From contig RDEW01000027.1 in assembly GCA_011109175.1 (NCBI GenBank), positions 259,800 to 323,799 of the forward strand: 64,000 nucleotides of DNA. Direction: 5' to 3'. The position numbers and the translations under genes were made by a program. The notes beneath the pieces were generated by a model, which was not told where the DNA came from, made no database searches, and worked only from the letters and a program-made list of their open reading frames with translations. Below are positions 14,651 through 28,113 of this stretch, in pieces (within the stretch, counting starts at the first letter, position 1; every line of letters begins with the position of its first letter). This DNA comes from Dicyema japonicum (taxonomy: Eukaryota; Animalia; Dicyemida).

Positions 14651-14884
14651 GGTTTAAGTAATGGAATCGTTATCTACTCATGGGAAGGGACTAGTTATTT
14701 ATTAAAGCTTTACTAACAAATTGAAGGGCAAAGGCCTTTACGTGTGGAGTCGCAATTGACGAATACTTGCAGAAATCGATTATTAAGAAGAGTAGGTTCA
14801 AACATAGAAAACAGAGAGAATGAAGAGTTCGTAGTTAAAAAATTCATAATTAATGACAATAAAACGTTAATTAGGAGTTTAAGT

Positions 14885-15040
14885 ATTACAGCCTCTTTCC
14901 TGAAGGAAATCGGAGGGAAATTGGCTCACCGCAAGAAAGACGTGCGGGAAGCGGTCTGGCTTAGGCAACGAATTGGGATCGCAGTTGTCCGCGGAAACGC
15001 TTACTCCGTAATGTCAGCAGCCGCTCTCCCCCATAGTTAA
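14885..15040 (+). mobile_element. CRE-like element 3' end
   Basis: FLKEIGGKL...REAVWLRQRIGIAVVRGNAYSV*. Confidence 0.75.
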
Positions 15041-17261
15041 TAAATAATATTTTATTGTTAATTGGAGTTATATATTTAAAAAAGGAGTTTAGTTTACTGT
15101 TGTTCTTTAAAATTCACGTATAGTTGTTTTATTGAGTTATTTTTTATGATGACTTCATTACAAGATTATCTTCACGTGGCGCATAAATACTGATTTTTGA
15201 ATGGAATCATCAAATTAATAAGCATTTAATCCAATTGGTTCCATATAGCTGTGATTATCTTATATGCAAGATCTTTTTTTATTAGACTATTAATTCGAGC
15301 AGTAAGCCAAGTTGTTAGTTTGGCAGATGGTTAAAGGGTGACGTACCTCTCTCACAAATTCTCTACTTCATGGTATATGAATAACTTTGTTTTTTTTTTT
15401 GTGAGCATGGTCGAGGTTATAGACTCAGAAATCATCGGAAACCAGAAATTCTTAACAAATGAGTCCATGATGCACATAGGGTTCAAATCTTGTCTGACCC
15501 AAGATTGAAAAACTTGGAGAATCACTAATTAAAGAGCGCATATTGTCAGTTTATTCTATTTTTGTGTTGCCTCCACTATTTTCCCAACTTTTATTAGCGA
15601 GTTCTTTTTGCTCTGATTATTGACTAATTCAATTATTCTCGGAGGACTTGTCTTTACGTCTGCGATCTTTGTAACAACATACAATGGAACCATTCGAATC
15701 CACTAATTTTATTGAAATGTAAATTTTCCATAGGAAAATTACCAAAGAAGAGTTTCTTCATGAATATACCGAAAATGCAAAAATTTTAGAACATTTTGTT
15801 GGAGATGACTTAGACAAAGAATGCATTGAAAATAAAGATTTCCGACAGTGATGAGGTGAAGGCCATAAATACTCTGCGAAAATATTTTAAGCTGTAGGAT
15901 GAAATAAAGTTAATTTGATCTTGAAAATGAAAGCAAAAAATTTAAAACAAAAACTAAGATAATTGATAGATAATTGTTTTCCTTTTAAATTAATATTTAA
16001 AATTTAAAGAAGGCACTTCCGGAGGAAAATTCAAAAAGAGTTTAAGAGATATTGGAGACTGGGATCATTTAATAAGTAAGTTTACCATTTCTTTTTTGTG
16101 GTTTAAGGGTTTTAATAAAAAAATTAAATAATAATATCAACTTCGACCCATTTAATTTGCCTCTCGTATTCGCCAGATTTCCAAAAATGTTTGATATTTT
16201 CTAGTCTCTCAGTATATTCTCTTAATATAATTCAGTTAGTAATTGATTAACTGATCAGAGGGTAGTAAACGTTCGAGATATCTTTACCAGGACTCGAAGT
16301 GGGAAATTTCTAGGAGTGGCATACCTTAGAACCGCGCTTTATACTGATCGCCAATTTCTTAGATCTTGGCGAAGTTGAGGTTAGTAGCTTACCTAGTCGG
16401 AACTAGGAGATGACGGATTTTCTCAATTAAATGGCTGTCATGACAGATTTAATATGTTGTTCCCTTTATATGTTTATGGATGAAATAAAGAACTCAAGGA
16501 CTTAGGACTATGAGGTCAACAAACCAAAAAGTGTTAGATATGCTAACTTTTCTCTTTAAAAAACAGTCCGCAATCCAAGAAGTTGTCAAAAGAGTAATTA
16601 TCCGCAACTTTGTACTCTCTGGAGCAGTTTTGATTGACGACAATAGAAGGTGATGGTAGTTACTCTACCTAGTTACTCAGTTTCTTCTTCCTCCTCTACG
16701 AAACTAGCACCAAATACCTCAAAAACCATCCAAGATATAAGATAACTCCTCGTTTTCTTTAGACCCAACCAAGATTTGTGAATTCTACTTTTGATTCTTC
16801 CCCTACTGCATCTATATGTGTTGAAATAGATGAAATCATAAAAAAGATGGAGATCAACGCTACAAATTTGTCCTCTTGATCAGTGATTCTGCACAGTATA
16901 TGACTAGTGGCAATTTTTAGCCGGAAATTTACTTTATGATAATCTATTTCATGTGAAATGTGTATCCCATTTATTGCACAATTGTCCTTTAAACACATTA
17001 TGGAGATGTTGACGAATTATATCGGTAATAATGGCCTCGGTTGTAAAAAATTCTTTTCTATAATTGGACAGCCACCTGTCGTGGTTGTCGCAAGATGGGG
17101 TATTTGGCTAAGTATTACTCTTTTGAATCTTCCTGAAATAGTTAGAATCGTTACAGAACTTAGAGCAGACGGAATTATTGTAAACAACGTAAGGATTTAA
17201 AAATTATTTAGGCAAAAAAATCAGTACTATGTTCGACATGTACTACAACAGATCTTTGTAA

Positions 17262-17375
17262 GTTCAATGAATATATTTCAAAAAACTACAATACTGGGAT
17301 TTTGGAAATACTACAATTTAATGAATATATTTCAAAAAACTACAAATGACTGGATTTGGAAATACTACAATATTC
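17262..17375. repeat. About 55-bp tandem duplication
   Basis: aatgaatatatttcaaaaaactacaa...ggaaatactacaat occurs twice. Confidence 0.8.
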
Positions 17376-17793
17376 CAATAAAAGTCTCCCACCAGCAGAA
17401 TATGCAAATCTGAGGAATTGTGCTGCAAGTTCTGCATCTGCTGCAAGAGCTATTCTTATTCTGTATGTTTCTTGACGGATAATTTTTCTTTCTTCAATAT
17501 CTTGAGTTCTTGTCAACTGCTTCCGGGGTCTTTAATTTTCTTGGCGAATATTTTTTGTTTGTATAGATTCATGACTCTTTTTTTTCTGCATTTGTACTTT
17601 GTTCATCTCACTTTTAGCATCATTGGCATTTTTTCTTTGATCAAATATCTATTAATTTTTAAATTTTTATTACATTTGTCAAGTTGTGATTTACTTTATC
17701 AATTTCTATTAAATCATTTTCATATTCCAGTTAGGAGTTTTTTTAGTAAATAAAAAAAAGTTGAATCAATTATATTTATAGGAAATAAACGGT

Positions 17794-17995
17794 GGTGGCT
17801 TTTAACATATGCTAGACTGAAATTTTTGAATTTTTGAATTTGGTAAAATTGCAATTTCGATTTAAAAATGAAATGTTTTTTTTTAAATTCTTTTCGTTTT
17901 TTAAAAAACTACTGTGTTAATGAAATAAAGTCAATTCCTTTATTTGGGAAGTTATTCAAAAATTTTTGGTGGCTTTTAACATTTTCTCGAGACTG
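17794..17995. mobile_element. Solo Tc1-like terminal repeat of IR/DR type
   Basis: The reverse complement begins CAGTCTCGAGAAAATG. The direct repeat ggtggcttttaacat occurs at 17794 and 17968. No TA flank or partner end was seen. Confidence 0.45.
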
Positions 17996-18678
17996 TGGGC
18001 AACATATGGATAACTTGCATCGCTCCAGATCTCGTGCGAGCTGAAGTTTTTTTATACATAGGATTGAGTCCTCTGCCATTTAGGGTGTCTAGAGAGAACT
18101 GGCTGGTATCAAATGTGAAAAAGATATTCGTATAAGAGAGGCACCTCAACCAAAAAACCTAACCAATATGCCTGAAATACTAAAGATGCTGATAAAAAAC
18201 TTTAAAATATGCCAATTCGAGATGATTTTGAGTTGAAGAATGACTCCTATATAAATTACCGTAGAATCATATTACCTTCAATCTTGCACACGTTCATCTA
18301 AGATCCTCCACCAAGATTAAAGCCAGAATCCTCTTTCAGGGACTTCATGTAATATATATGTCCAAAGAGAAGCCCAGTGCCTGGCCGGTATACAAAAATA
18401 TCTTGCTACTTGGGGTTCCCATACTGGTGAACATGGATGGACGTGATGATTGGAAAGGATCCATCTCCTTTTGACGGTGAGAACTAAGATCAATAGCTAG
18501 ATGAGGGTTAGATAGGATGAGGGATAGTATTTGAGACATGTCACGAGTTGTCATAATGATTTTTCTTTAGCTTAGAGATGGGGATCAACTGCAGTCCAAA
18601 CTCGACTAATCATCAATTTCCAAATATTGGACTAAAGCATAGTAAATAAGCTAAAAAAGAATAATTCAACATAAAAAA

Positions 18679-19482
18679 TTAAAGACAAGTTCTTTTGGGA
18701 GGATGATCAGAATCCTCATCGCTATCAGAGCAATCCTCACAGACATATACATTCTCATCAGCTTCACTATCATAACAAATATATCTGTCTTCTGACTCCT
18801 TATCACTAACTGTCGGCTCATTCTCAGATTCCTCCGACTCTGAACACGAAGAACGATTAGATTCGTCACTGGCATCATTTTCCGAGGCAATTGCGTCCTC
18901 AAAATCATCAAAGTCAATGACATCATCTCAAATTTATAAAACAGGACAACCAGAGAACACATATTCTCCGTTCACGTCGAAATTGTCGACAATTTTAAGC
19001 TGGGGGATCATTTTGAAGATTTTTTCCACATAATTCTCCTCCTTAGACGCGGGGGTTGATTTTAAGTCCAGTCTGATGAGGGAAGACAGCTTGGCCTGTA
19101 AAGGTAAGTAGACTCTTTACCAAATCACCAAGGGACTCCAAGGTATAAAATGTGTAGCTAATATCCAAAAATTGGAGACGAGGACAATTCTTAGTAAGAA
19201 TATTCATTCCATCGGAGAGATTGTTTAAAACGAGGGACAACTGGGGGTAACTAACTAAATTCTACTTTTTCCAATTTTGGGTACATCGGGAGTCCCGATA
19301 TTGAGGTAATTCCACATAGGGTTAGTTTGAGCTCCTTTAATTGAGGCAAATCGTAGTTCCCAAGTTGTCTGAAGTCAAATCTAATGAAGGTAAGGTCAAC
19401 ATATTTGACCTGTAAAAGAATTAAATAAAAATACCGATGTTGGGTCAATATTGTACTTAGAAATTAACTTCCCCAAACCCAT
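18679..19482 (-). CDS. ANP32: Acidic leucine-rich nuclear phosphoprotein 32-like (LRRs, LRRcap, acidic tail, NLS-like PPKR)
   Basis: ITSISGLPMYPKLEKL, NLSDGMNILTKNCPRLQFLDIS, NYVEKIFKMIPSLKIVDNFD, D/E-rich tail; 4 microintrons. Confidence 0.8.
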
Positions 19483-19594
19483 CCACTAGACAGCTATTTT
19501 AAATAATTTATTAAATATTTTAAATAAAACAACTAATTTATTTTTAATGATAATAAATTTAAGGAGGCCACATCAAAAATATTATTATTTTGAA

Positions 19595-19790
19595 ACTGAG
19601 ACTGTTAGTGTCTTAAGTGCTGGGTTAAGTCCTGATGGTCCCGGGTTCGAATCTCGGTTCTGTACATTCCGACAGAAGGTTCCACGCATCTATGATGCTT
19701 TGGATATGACGAATGATTCCGTCATCAGTGCTTCACTGCGGAACTAGGTCGCCTGAAAAAAACTTACTCCCAAAAAGAGACGAAGATTGC
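19595..19790 (+). mobile_element. SINE copy with tRNA-like head
   Basis: B-box ccgggttcgaatctcgg followed by the family core. Confidence 0.8.
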
Positions 19791-19919
19791 AGGTAGCCTC
19801 GTTGAGAACCACTGAAATTATTGACTAATATGCTCACTCAGCGATTCGAACTCATAAACTCAGATTTGCTGTTTATTTAATATTGAACTCTGGATTACAC
19901 TTAATTAGGCTTTTGAGTG

Positions 19920-21140
19920 ACAGGATCGGTGTTCTGGTACCTATTGCCTGGAGCCTGTAAAAAACGGAGTTAAAAATACCTCAGATGAGAAACTCACCTT
20001 TGCCATTACTCAGTTATTTCCTTGTTCCGAAAGAATAAGTTGAGATAATCTCGACCCATTTCAAAAATTATTTAGCGTTAATACACCACAGTACTTCTTC
20101 ATTTGACGGACGAACAAGACTTGGACATGTTCAGTTAAGAATTGTCCAAATTTTACTGTCAAGTACAGGGCTCTCCGTGAAAATGAGCAAAACCTACCTA
20201 CAAAATTTAACGACAAACACGTTCATCCTTCAGATAGACTTTCTCTCTTCACTCATGTTAATCCTATATTTAAAAGCAACCATGAGAGAACTCGGAACAC
20301 TATACCATGAAACATAGAAGGGATATACAAACGATGTCGACCTAACCTTTGAAGACTGGGTAGTATTAGAACATCTATTGGAAAATACTCCAGATCTACT
20401 TGGGAAATGGTTCCTCAGTGTTGCTAAACAGAGTTCACAGAAGTAAAAAAATAAATAACACTTTAGAGGAGCAGTGAAGACGTTAAAAAACTCAGATCTC
20501 TCATGGGAGACAGGGAAGACTTTAATCAAATAAAAACGAATTTTTTCAAATCATCTGGATGTCTTAAATCAACATATATCTGGAAATGAGAGCTCTAGAG
20601 TTCCTCTCCCAAACCTTTGATAGTTGAAGCCTAAAGGATTTAGTGTTAAATTCAAGATAGAATTATACAACTCTTCTGTTAATTCCATACTGTTATAAAA
20701 CGCCTGGATTAGATGAAAATAATGATGAAGCAGAAATGAGGACTCTTTCCATAGGAGTAACCTGAGGAAACTTACTAGACAGATTGGCTTACCAGAATTT
20801 CGAATAATGCAATCCAAAAAAGTGCAGATGTAAGCCTGGAAATCACGAAATCTGGATAGGGACTGTTTTGACATATCTTGAAAACGACGAAACCTTCCCA
20901 GCAAATGTATCATAAAATGATATTATGTTTACCAAAATGACTTAATCGTAAAAAGCCATTAACTCTCTCAGTTGTACTAAACCAATGACCTAAAACGCAG
21001 AAAATGTAGTTGAAGACTGCGGACAACCTTGACTCTCTAAGATCACCTGTCAGCATCCGAAAGCGCGGAAGAGACATACATTTAATTCATATCTTGGCTG
21101 CACATATGTACTATAATTCCCGTAAAAGTGCTTATTATTT
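19920..21140 (+). mobile_element. Heavily decayed RTE LINE
   Basis: Degenerate RT and C-terminal motifs (KKL.SL.GD, LYNS, FHR..LR). The 3' end cgtaaaagtgcttattatt resembles the other RTE copies. Confidence 0.65.
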
Positions 21141-21453
21141 AAAACTCGTTTTTATTCAAAGAAAATCCATTAGTATAAATATATCACTTAAACTCTCACA
21201 ACATAGCAAGATGATGTAACGGTATATTTTACACCAGCATACTGAGTGCTCCTTTTCTAAAAATAAGCATACAGCACACCTTTCCGTTTATAAACAGACT
21301 ACTAACTCGTAGACACGAACATAAAACATTCTCCATTTCAAATTCAAGAGTTATCAAAGGATGGACGTCATTTGGACTTAGACCATCCAAAGGCGAAATC
21401 TTAATATAAATTTAATATAAAAACAAAAATAATACAATAAAATAAATTATATT

Positions 21454-22759
21454 TTAAAATAAAAATAAATGAAATTCAAATACCTGTCCTGTTATTATGT
21501 AGGGAAACTTATATTTATGAATTTGATCACATTTAAATTTAGTGCATTCAGGATTGAATGTAAGAGTCCCCACACTGGTAGTTGATACAGAGATCGAGCT
21601 GGCATGGATTGAGGCATCAACAGTAGCTGACATAGAATAAATTTGCTGCAAAACATAAAACTACAATTTTACAGCACGTGAAAAGAATGGCGAGCTAATT
21701 TCGATCTTAAAGTTAACGAAGTTCCCAGAAATCGACGGGAGATAAAGCACGTTAAACAGTTTTCTTATGTCCCTCACAAATAACACAAAACCCAACGTAT
21801 CTGAGGTCGCCGAGTACTTTGCCAGTATAAACCTCCCGTCCGGTGGAATAAAACACAAATTTTTGGAGTTCTGAGTTAAATTGTATGTTACCTGCTTCCA
21901 GCTGGAGATATCAACACAGGGATGGAACGTGCTGCACTTCAGAGCGGCAGAGTTCGACAGTGATAGAATCACTTTGGGCATTTTGGAGAGACTACAAGAC
22001 ACGTCGATCTAAGAGTCTGTTTGACACTGAAAACCCTTCCAGTGACGTCTCCACTGGAGATGTGACCGTTAATGTCCATGCACATGCGGACTTTTTCTAT
22101 GACGTCCACAAAAACCTCCTCTCCTGGGTAAACAAGATTGCGTGGTCGCCATGGAACCTCCTTTATCTGCTCGTTTAGTGAGTTCACCCTACAAATGTTA
22201 GTCCAAGAAAACCCCAAGTTCTTTTTGGCGGTATTGATGGAAATGTGGTCGTGCTTGATCAGAGAATTCACAAACGTACTGTCGTAGGAGTTGAACAGTC
22301 CACCGTCAGCCAAATGGGAAATAATCTGATATCCCCCCAAGGATTACCTCAGAAATGAGGACGTTATTGGCTTTGATATACCTTTCAGTTAAACGAGAAA
22401 TGTTGGAGATGTTGAGAATGGTGTAATGGCATGAAGTCATAAAGCTGATAACGGTGAGGGGGTCAACTAAAGTAATGAGGTAGCATAACCCTCGTTGGTG
22501 ATCGCCACGGAGAAGCAAATTTTAGAACTGACAGGGACGTTGATCAGCAAGTGAGTGTTGCATTCTATTATCGGCTGTACTTGTTTCATGTCGAGGACCT
22601 GAGCAGTCAGTAAATTTTTACCCTGCAGACTTCACTGGCTGCTGGAAGAACGCTAAATGTTTTGGTTGGCATGAAATATTGCTCAAATAGCACATTCCTA
22701 GTAAGGTTATTTGATCCTTAAAACCCGTCTTTATGTAAAATCCAAAATGAAGCAATCAT
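21454..22759 (-). CDS. AP3M: Adaptor protein complex mu subunit, AP-3 mu-like (divergent)
   Basis: VPWRPRNLVYPGEEVFVDVIE, CSLSKMP.V.LS, FHPCV, FIPPDGRF.L..Y; N-terminus MIASFWIL. Confidence 0.8.
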
Positions 22760-23099
22760 AACAAAAAATCTAGAATTTATGTTAATTAATTCAATTACTT
22801 TTATTAAATTTCTTTTATTTTAAATAAAATTTAATATATAAAATAATTAACCTGACAGCTTTGGCTATCAAAAATCACTTGGATCAGATCTGATAGTTCA
22901 ACTGAATGTAAATGAATCAAGAGTAAGATACTTGAACTTGGAACCTTTTTGAAGAGACGCCGCATCGACATAGTATACTTCAAGAATCTAAACTTTCCAC
23001 CAGCAGTACAACACCAAGGTTCTCTGGATTCACAGTCATTTGCCATGACAGAGGTGGGAAACTTGGTAGAGGCTTTCTTACTGTCATTTGTAACGGAAT

Positions 23100-25045
23100 T
23101 ACGGGGATATCACTGAATGTCTTCACTATGCTCCATGACTGTGGAAACTCTAACTTGTGATAACAAAAATTCGATTCCCCGGACTTTCTCTAACATTTGT
23201 TAACGCATATCGTCCACCTTTAAGTTCCTGCTCCTCTCGTGCTCCCAGATTGTCCCACCTCACTAAAGAATTTGATTATCTAGGTGACTGCAATGCGAAG
23301 CATCCATGATGGCTGGTATGGCAGGTCTGTGACAAAAGGGGGAAGATATTAATTGAGGACCTTCACAGTATCTGCATACTCAATAATCGGCTTTCCATAC
23401 AAGAAAACCAACTCAACGTAACGATAAACCCTCATTCATGACATCTCACTGTCATCTCCATCCCTGGCCCCTCTTATTGACTTGATCGTGACACCATCAT
23501 GGATGGGAAAACTGTCCGACGATAATTAATTACAACCTTGCGAACTGGAAAATATTCAACATTACGTACAAATGATGTTGGTGACATCCTCAGCTGAATG
23601 GTTCAACACGATTGTCCGTAAAGCAAGAAAGTTATTCATCCCAATGTTTCGACGTCTTTCTTCATCAAAAAGTTATGGTACGCGGACAAAGCTCCTGATC
23701 AAAGAACGGAACTTCTTGAAGAAGAATCCTCTCAAAAATGAAGACATTATCAGAATGTATGCACTAAACAGAGAAATAGACAAACAAATCAAAAACACGA
23801 GCACAAAACGTTGGACGAAGCTATCCCAAGATCTCTCTGTAGACCAAATCTGTTAGAAGAGTCTGCAATACAATCAAATCCATCGAAACCCCACTGCACG
23901 ACATCTTGAAGAAATCCACGTTATTCCCAACATTTTTATTAACGATTATTCCTCAGTCTTGCACAAGGATTTTTAAAGACCACAAACCTCCAGATCGTAT
24001 TAGGATCGTATTCTCCGGAACTGATGTCTAAATATCTATGACGTGGAACCCCAGAGCCAGAGGACTGGATTCCATCTCGACTATGGAAGTGAGGCATCTG
24101 GGTCCTCTAGCGATAGAGATCTCGTGGAAACCGCAGAGGAACCTTCATCATATAGACCAATTTCAAGAATTCTCGAAAGTATGGTCCTCGATTGTATTCG
24201 AGATGGCATTCAACGTCTGAGCTAACCATTCAACTTTTACACACTAGACGACGTTCTCCCAATTTATTTCAGAATTCAATACGCAGAAATCACATGTAGG
24301 GTTGTTCTTGTTTTTCTGGACATTACCAGAGACATTTGATTCAGTCTCAAGAAAGTCTCTAACGAAAAAGATATTTGAAACGGATACCCACTCTAACCTG
24401 AAAAGATGGCTCTCTAACTTTCTGAGCGGAAGGCGTGGGTAGGTAATCTGCAACAAAGTTAAATTGAGGACACGATTTCTTTCAAATTGGTGCCCCAAGG
24501 ATCACTACTATCACCAACACTGTTCAATTTGTATATACACGACACTCCACAACCAACGGACGAAAACTGTCTCCTCTTTCATATACGGACAACATAGTCA
24601 TTTTTGCAACGACATGGACTACGGAGTTGCCGCTCAAATGGTTCAATGAACGCTCAATTCCTTAGCCCAATTGTTAGAAGGAGTACGTCTGGAGGTGTCA
24701 TCTACAAAATAATTTGTGACCCTCTTTACATCTTGCAGACAACATTACACTAGGAGGCCTAAGACCACGATGTGCCAATCTTTTTTATGGCCACACCAAC
24801 CATCCTGGGAGTGACGTTTGACTAAGGACTTTGAGACCTGAAGATGATCTCAAAACCTTTCGGAAAAAACTCTGGGGCCCTTTCCGCTGTCTGTCGTCAA
24901 TTTGTACAACCGGTTTTGACCTACGCAAGTGAGTCCTAGACAACTGTGTCCATTTCAATGAAACCTCCCCTATGTCGGTCTAGGGTCACTTAGTTAGTTG
25001 GGAACTTTTTCTTTTGACCCGGTGATCCGGGGGGTAATAATAATC
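23100..25045 (+). mobile_element. I/Jockey-group LINE relic (APE plus RT) with (TAA)n tail
   Basis: GDCNAKH, SYRPIS, GVPQGS.LSPTLFNLY, TYAS. The 3' end (cacttagttag...gatccggggggtaataataat) is shared with about 45010. Confidence 0.75.
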
Positions 25046-25107
25046 TAAAATTACTTAACTAACCTACTATTTGTTGTTTTTTGAACTATCAGTAAATTCA
25101 CTTTATG

Positions 25108-25190
25108 TCTGTTCCTTCTCTTCCCCTTCCTACTAGAGTGGCGTCATGTGTCCATTTTTCTCAGGTGGCGCCTAGTGGCAGGCTGGCTCC
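25108..25190 (+). promoter_or_regulatory. Conserved LINE 5'-end motif (copy 1 of 4)
   Basis: Pyrimidine tract followed by tagagtggcgtcatg...ggtggcgcctagtggcaggctgg. Related copies at 55905 (-), 59240 and 60035. Confidence 0.55.
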
Positions 25191-26271
25191 CCCACTCCAC
25201 TGGAGAAGTTTACACGACTACAAGGAATGGACGTTTTTTGTACCTTTTATGCTGGTTCAGGATGTTATGTGAACAAATCAATAATCAGAATAGCTGAGTA
25301 GGTGAAGCAACAGATTGGTCCTGGATTATCTGAAATGACTTGGCTGTAAGAAATAAGTTGTTTTGTCAACTTTTGATCAACGATAATCATTAGCCTTAAA
25401 AGTCAATAAGCTCTTGACGTCAATGTATCGTCATTCATTTACAATCCCACCTCAAGGAATGAATGACCTGTAGCTACAGAAAACCTTGGAAACTCTAAGT
25501 TACCTTTTCATAAACCTTGGATGTTTTAGGTTGTGAAGATGCCCAACTTAGTTGAATTAATATTCTTGAATTTTTAAGATGTAGTGTCTCCAGATATTGG
25601 AAACCCATGAGTGAATGGCTTTTATCAGAAAACCCACGTACAGAAATTTTGAGATACAGTGAAGACGTCATAACTTATAACATCTCTAAATCCTATGTTA
25701 TCTGAGAAACAGTTGAAGACATACATGGACCAGATCGAAAAGTCAGGTCGGTAAGGGTAACTGGGAGCAGAATGCTGGCTAACCTAAGTAACTGGGAGAA
25801 TACCTCGGAAGAAGACTATGAAATACTTTGGTTTCCTTATTGGTGATTTATGGAACATGCGAAAACACGAAAAAGCCACAAGCGTTCTTAAAGCTCGAGC
25901 CGGAGACATTTGTTTATGTTTTTGAGTTAATAATACTTCCTGGGATGTTATTCAGTCTTGAGGGATGTTACGGCTAAAAAAGAAGGGCTTTACTTTCAAG
26001 AAATTTAAGAAAAAGCGGAATTTTGTTTCGAAGCTTCTTACGAGACAAATCCTCATAAGCCGATTCTCAATGGTTAGGCTGAAAATCAGTAAGGTTGGCG
26101 GACTATCGAAAATCTTATTCGTTGTTTCAAAAGCCGCACAAAAAGTATCTGGGACTTATCCTCAAAAATTACCGTGTATTTTGTCAATTTCTTTGAGAAA
26201 TTTTCTGTGTAGAAGTCGGTTTACAAACTCTACCGTTTCGTATTACTTCGACTCAATTACTAGTGTTTACT

Positions 26272-26478
26272 GGTTTTACGAGTGACACCGTCATCAGTTA
26301 TAATCTCACTGCGGAACAAAAAACGACTCACACGCAACAAAAAGACAAAAGAATTATGAGTATTTCAGGTTCTACGATTAATTGACTGTTCTTTTATAAA
26401 TAAGGTGTGTTTCCTGTTGGGAGGAGCTATGGCTAATTTGGCTCTTCATAAAGTGCAGTATTATTAGTTTAATAATAA
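26272..26478 (+). mobile_element. SINE copy (core plus 3' tail)
   Basis: acgagtgacaccgtcatcagt...ggctcttcataaagtgcagtattatta. Confidence 0.8.
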
Positions 26479-26989
26479 CTCATATATGGAAACCAGAATG
26501 GCAGCAGAAAAAATGACAGTTCTGAAGATCACCTCAAAAAGTTATCGGAGACAGTGGTGGGTGCCTTTCCACCGTCTACCGCCAGTTTATCCATTTAATG
26601 CTGATATACACAAGTGCGTTGTGGTCAATTGCATCTCCCATTTTTCCTGCACAAATAATCCACCACTCAGGAAACCGCTTACTGTAAACTAATTTCTAGT
26701 CTATGCCTCTGAAACATTTCTATTTAAACGACAAAAAGTTCTTAAGGTTAGCCTCTCAGATACCTTAAAACCTCCCCAAAACGTAAACTGGCATGTTCAT
26801 CCTTGCGGGATTGGGCCTCTTTTTGGTCTGTCCGGGATTACTTTCTTAGATAAAGATTTTTTTCTCTTACAATTATTTTACTCATTGTGAAAGCAAAACT
26901 AAATATCTGGTCCTTCAGACATCAACAATCCAGCTGAATTCTTTTAATGTGATATAATAGGAGGAGGTTAGGTATCCCTAGTACAATAT

Positions 26990-27372
26990 TTATCATTATT
27001 AGCACTTTCACGAAAGCCATAATATTTATAGCCCCGCAAAAATATGAGAATTGCAGCAAAAAATATAAGAGAATTAGTTGCTCCAAGCTCTTCTGTTCGT
27101 AGCTAGGTCCCTCAGTGTGTCCAGATCGTTACCAGATGGCAATGTTTTTTTCACGGCTTTCAGAGCGTTTTACATTGGAGGAGGAGTAATCTTCCATTGC
27201 GATATTCGGGGGGATATCGGGTCCAACCTCGGACGTGTCCAAAAAGTCCTCAACAAGAGCTAATGATCTCGAGACTTAATGGTGTACAGTCACACATATT
27301 GTACAGTCTTTTCCGCGAGATCTTGGATGGCCAGGACATTCCAGTTATGTTTCTTAGATGATTCCTAGGAAA
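26990..27372 (-). mobile_element. RTE LINE 3' fragment, same subfamily as 1495-2173
   Basis: Near-identical to 1495-1910 with internal deletions. Confidence 0.9.
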
Positions 27373-28113
27373 ATTATTCTGAGTCACAATTTTTATATCA
27401 ACAGAAAATAAATAAAGTTTTAATTTTTTTGGTATTTAAATACAAATTTGTTAATAATAAAAGTAAAAACGAGACAATCAAAATAATCCAGCTGATATAT
27501 TGGAATGGCTGTTCCCATTAACAACTATCAGAGAAATCCTTTGGAATAACCATTCGGTTCCTCGACGCTCGTTTTTGACTTTAGAAATCATTGACCCAAG
27601 TTTTAAATTTTAAGGAAAAATTTATCTGAATTACCCCCACTCTAGCTAAGACTTCAGTCAGTCTCGAGTACTTTATGTAGAACTGAGTAACGATGCCATC
27701 CCATGTCATCTCAGACGAGAATAACATTGACTTTAAATCGATGCGGTAGTCCCAATTTTTTTAACGAGAAGAACGTACTTTTGTTTCTTTTCCACCTCCA
27801 TGTTGATAATTAACCAACTAGTTAATAGAAGGTTGAGGCGGTTACATATCTCGTTTTACAATGGACGAAAGTTCATGTCTTTTTTCTCCTTGTGAGCATG
27901 GAAGAAGTTATTGACTCCGAACAGTTGAAGTGCCCAAAAAGATCCTCCGTCAGAATAGGGACGTATAAGATGGTAGCTTCCAGATTTCTTAATAGGTCAG
28001 CATAGTCTGTGGTGAGGTAATAAAGCATGAGATTAAAATTATGCGCAAGTAAGGCAAATTATTTGAATCAATGAATGCTAATATTATTAGTGAGATTAAA
28101 ATCTTCTTATCGA

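Noticed and set aside
19620-19665. Functional tRNA gene
   Set aside because: Only a B-box/T-arm is present, and it is the SINE head; no cloverleaf.
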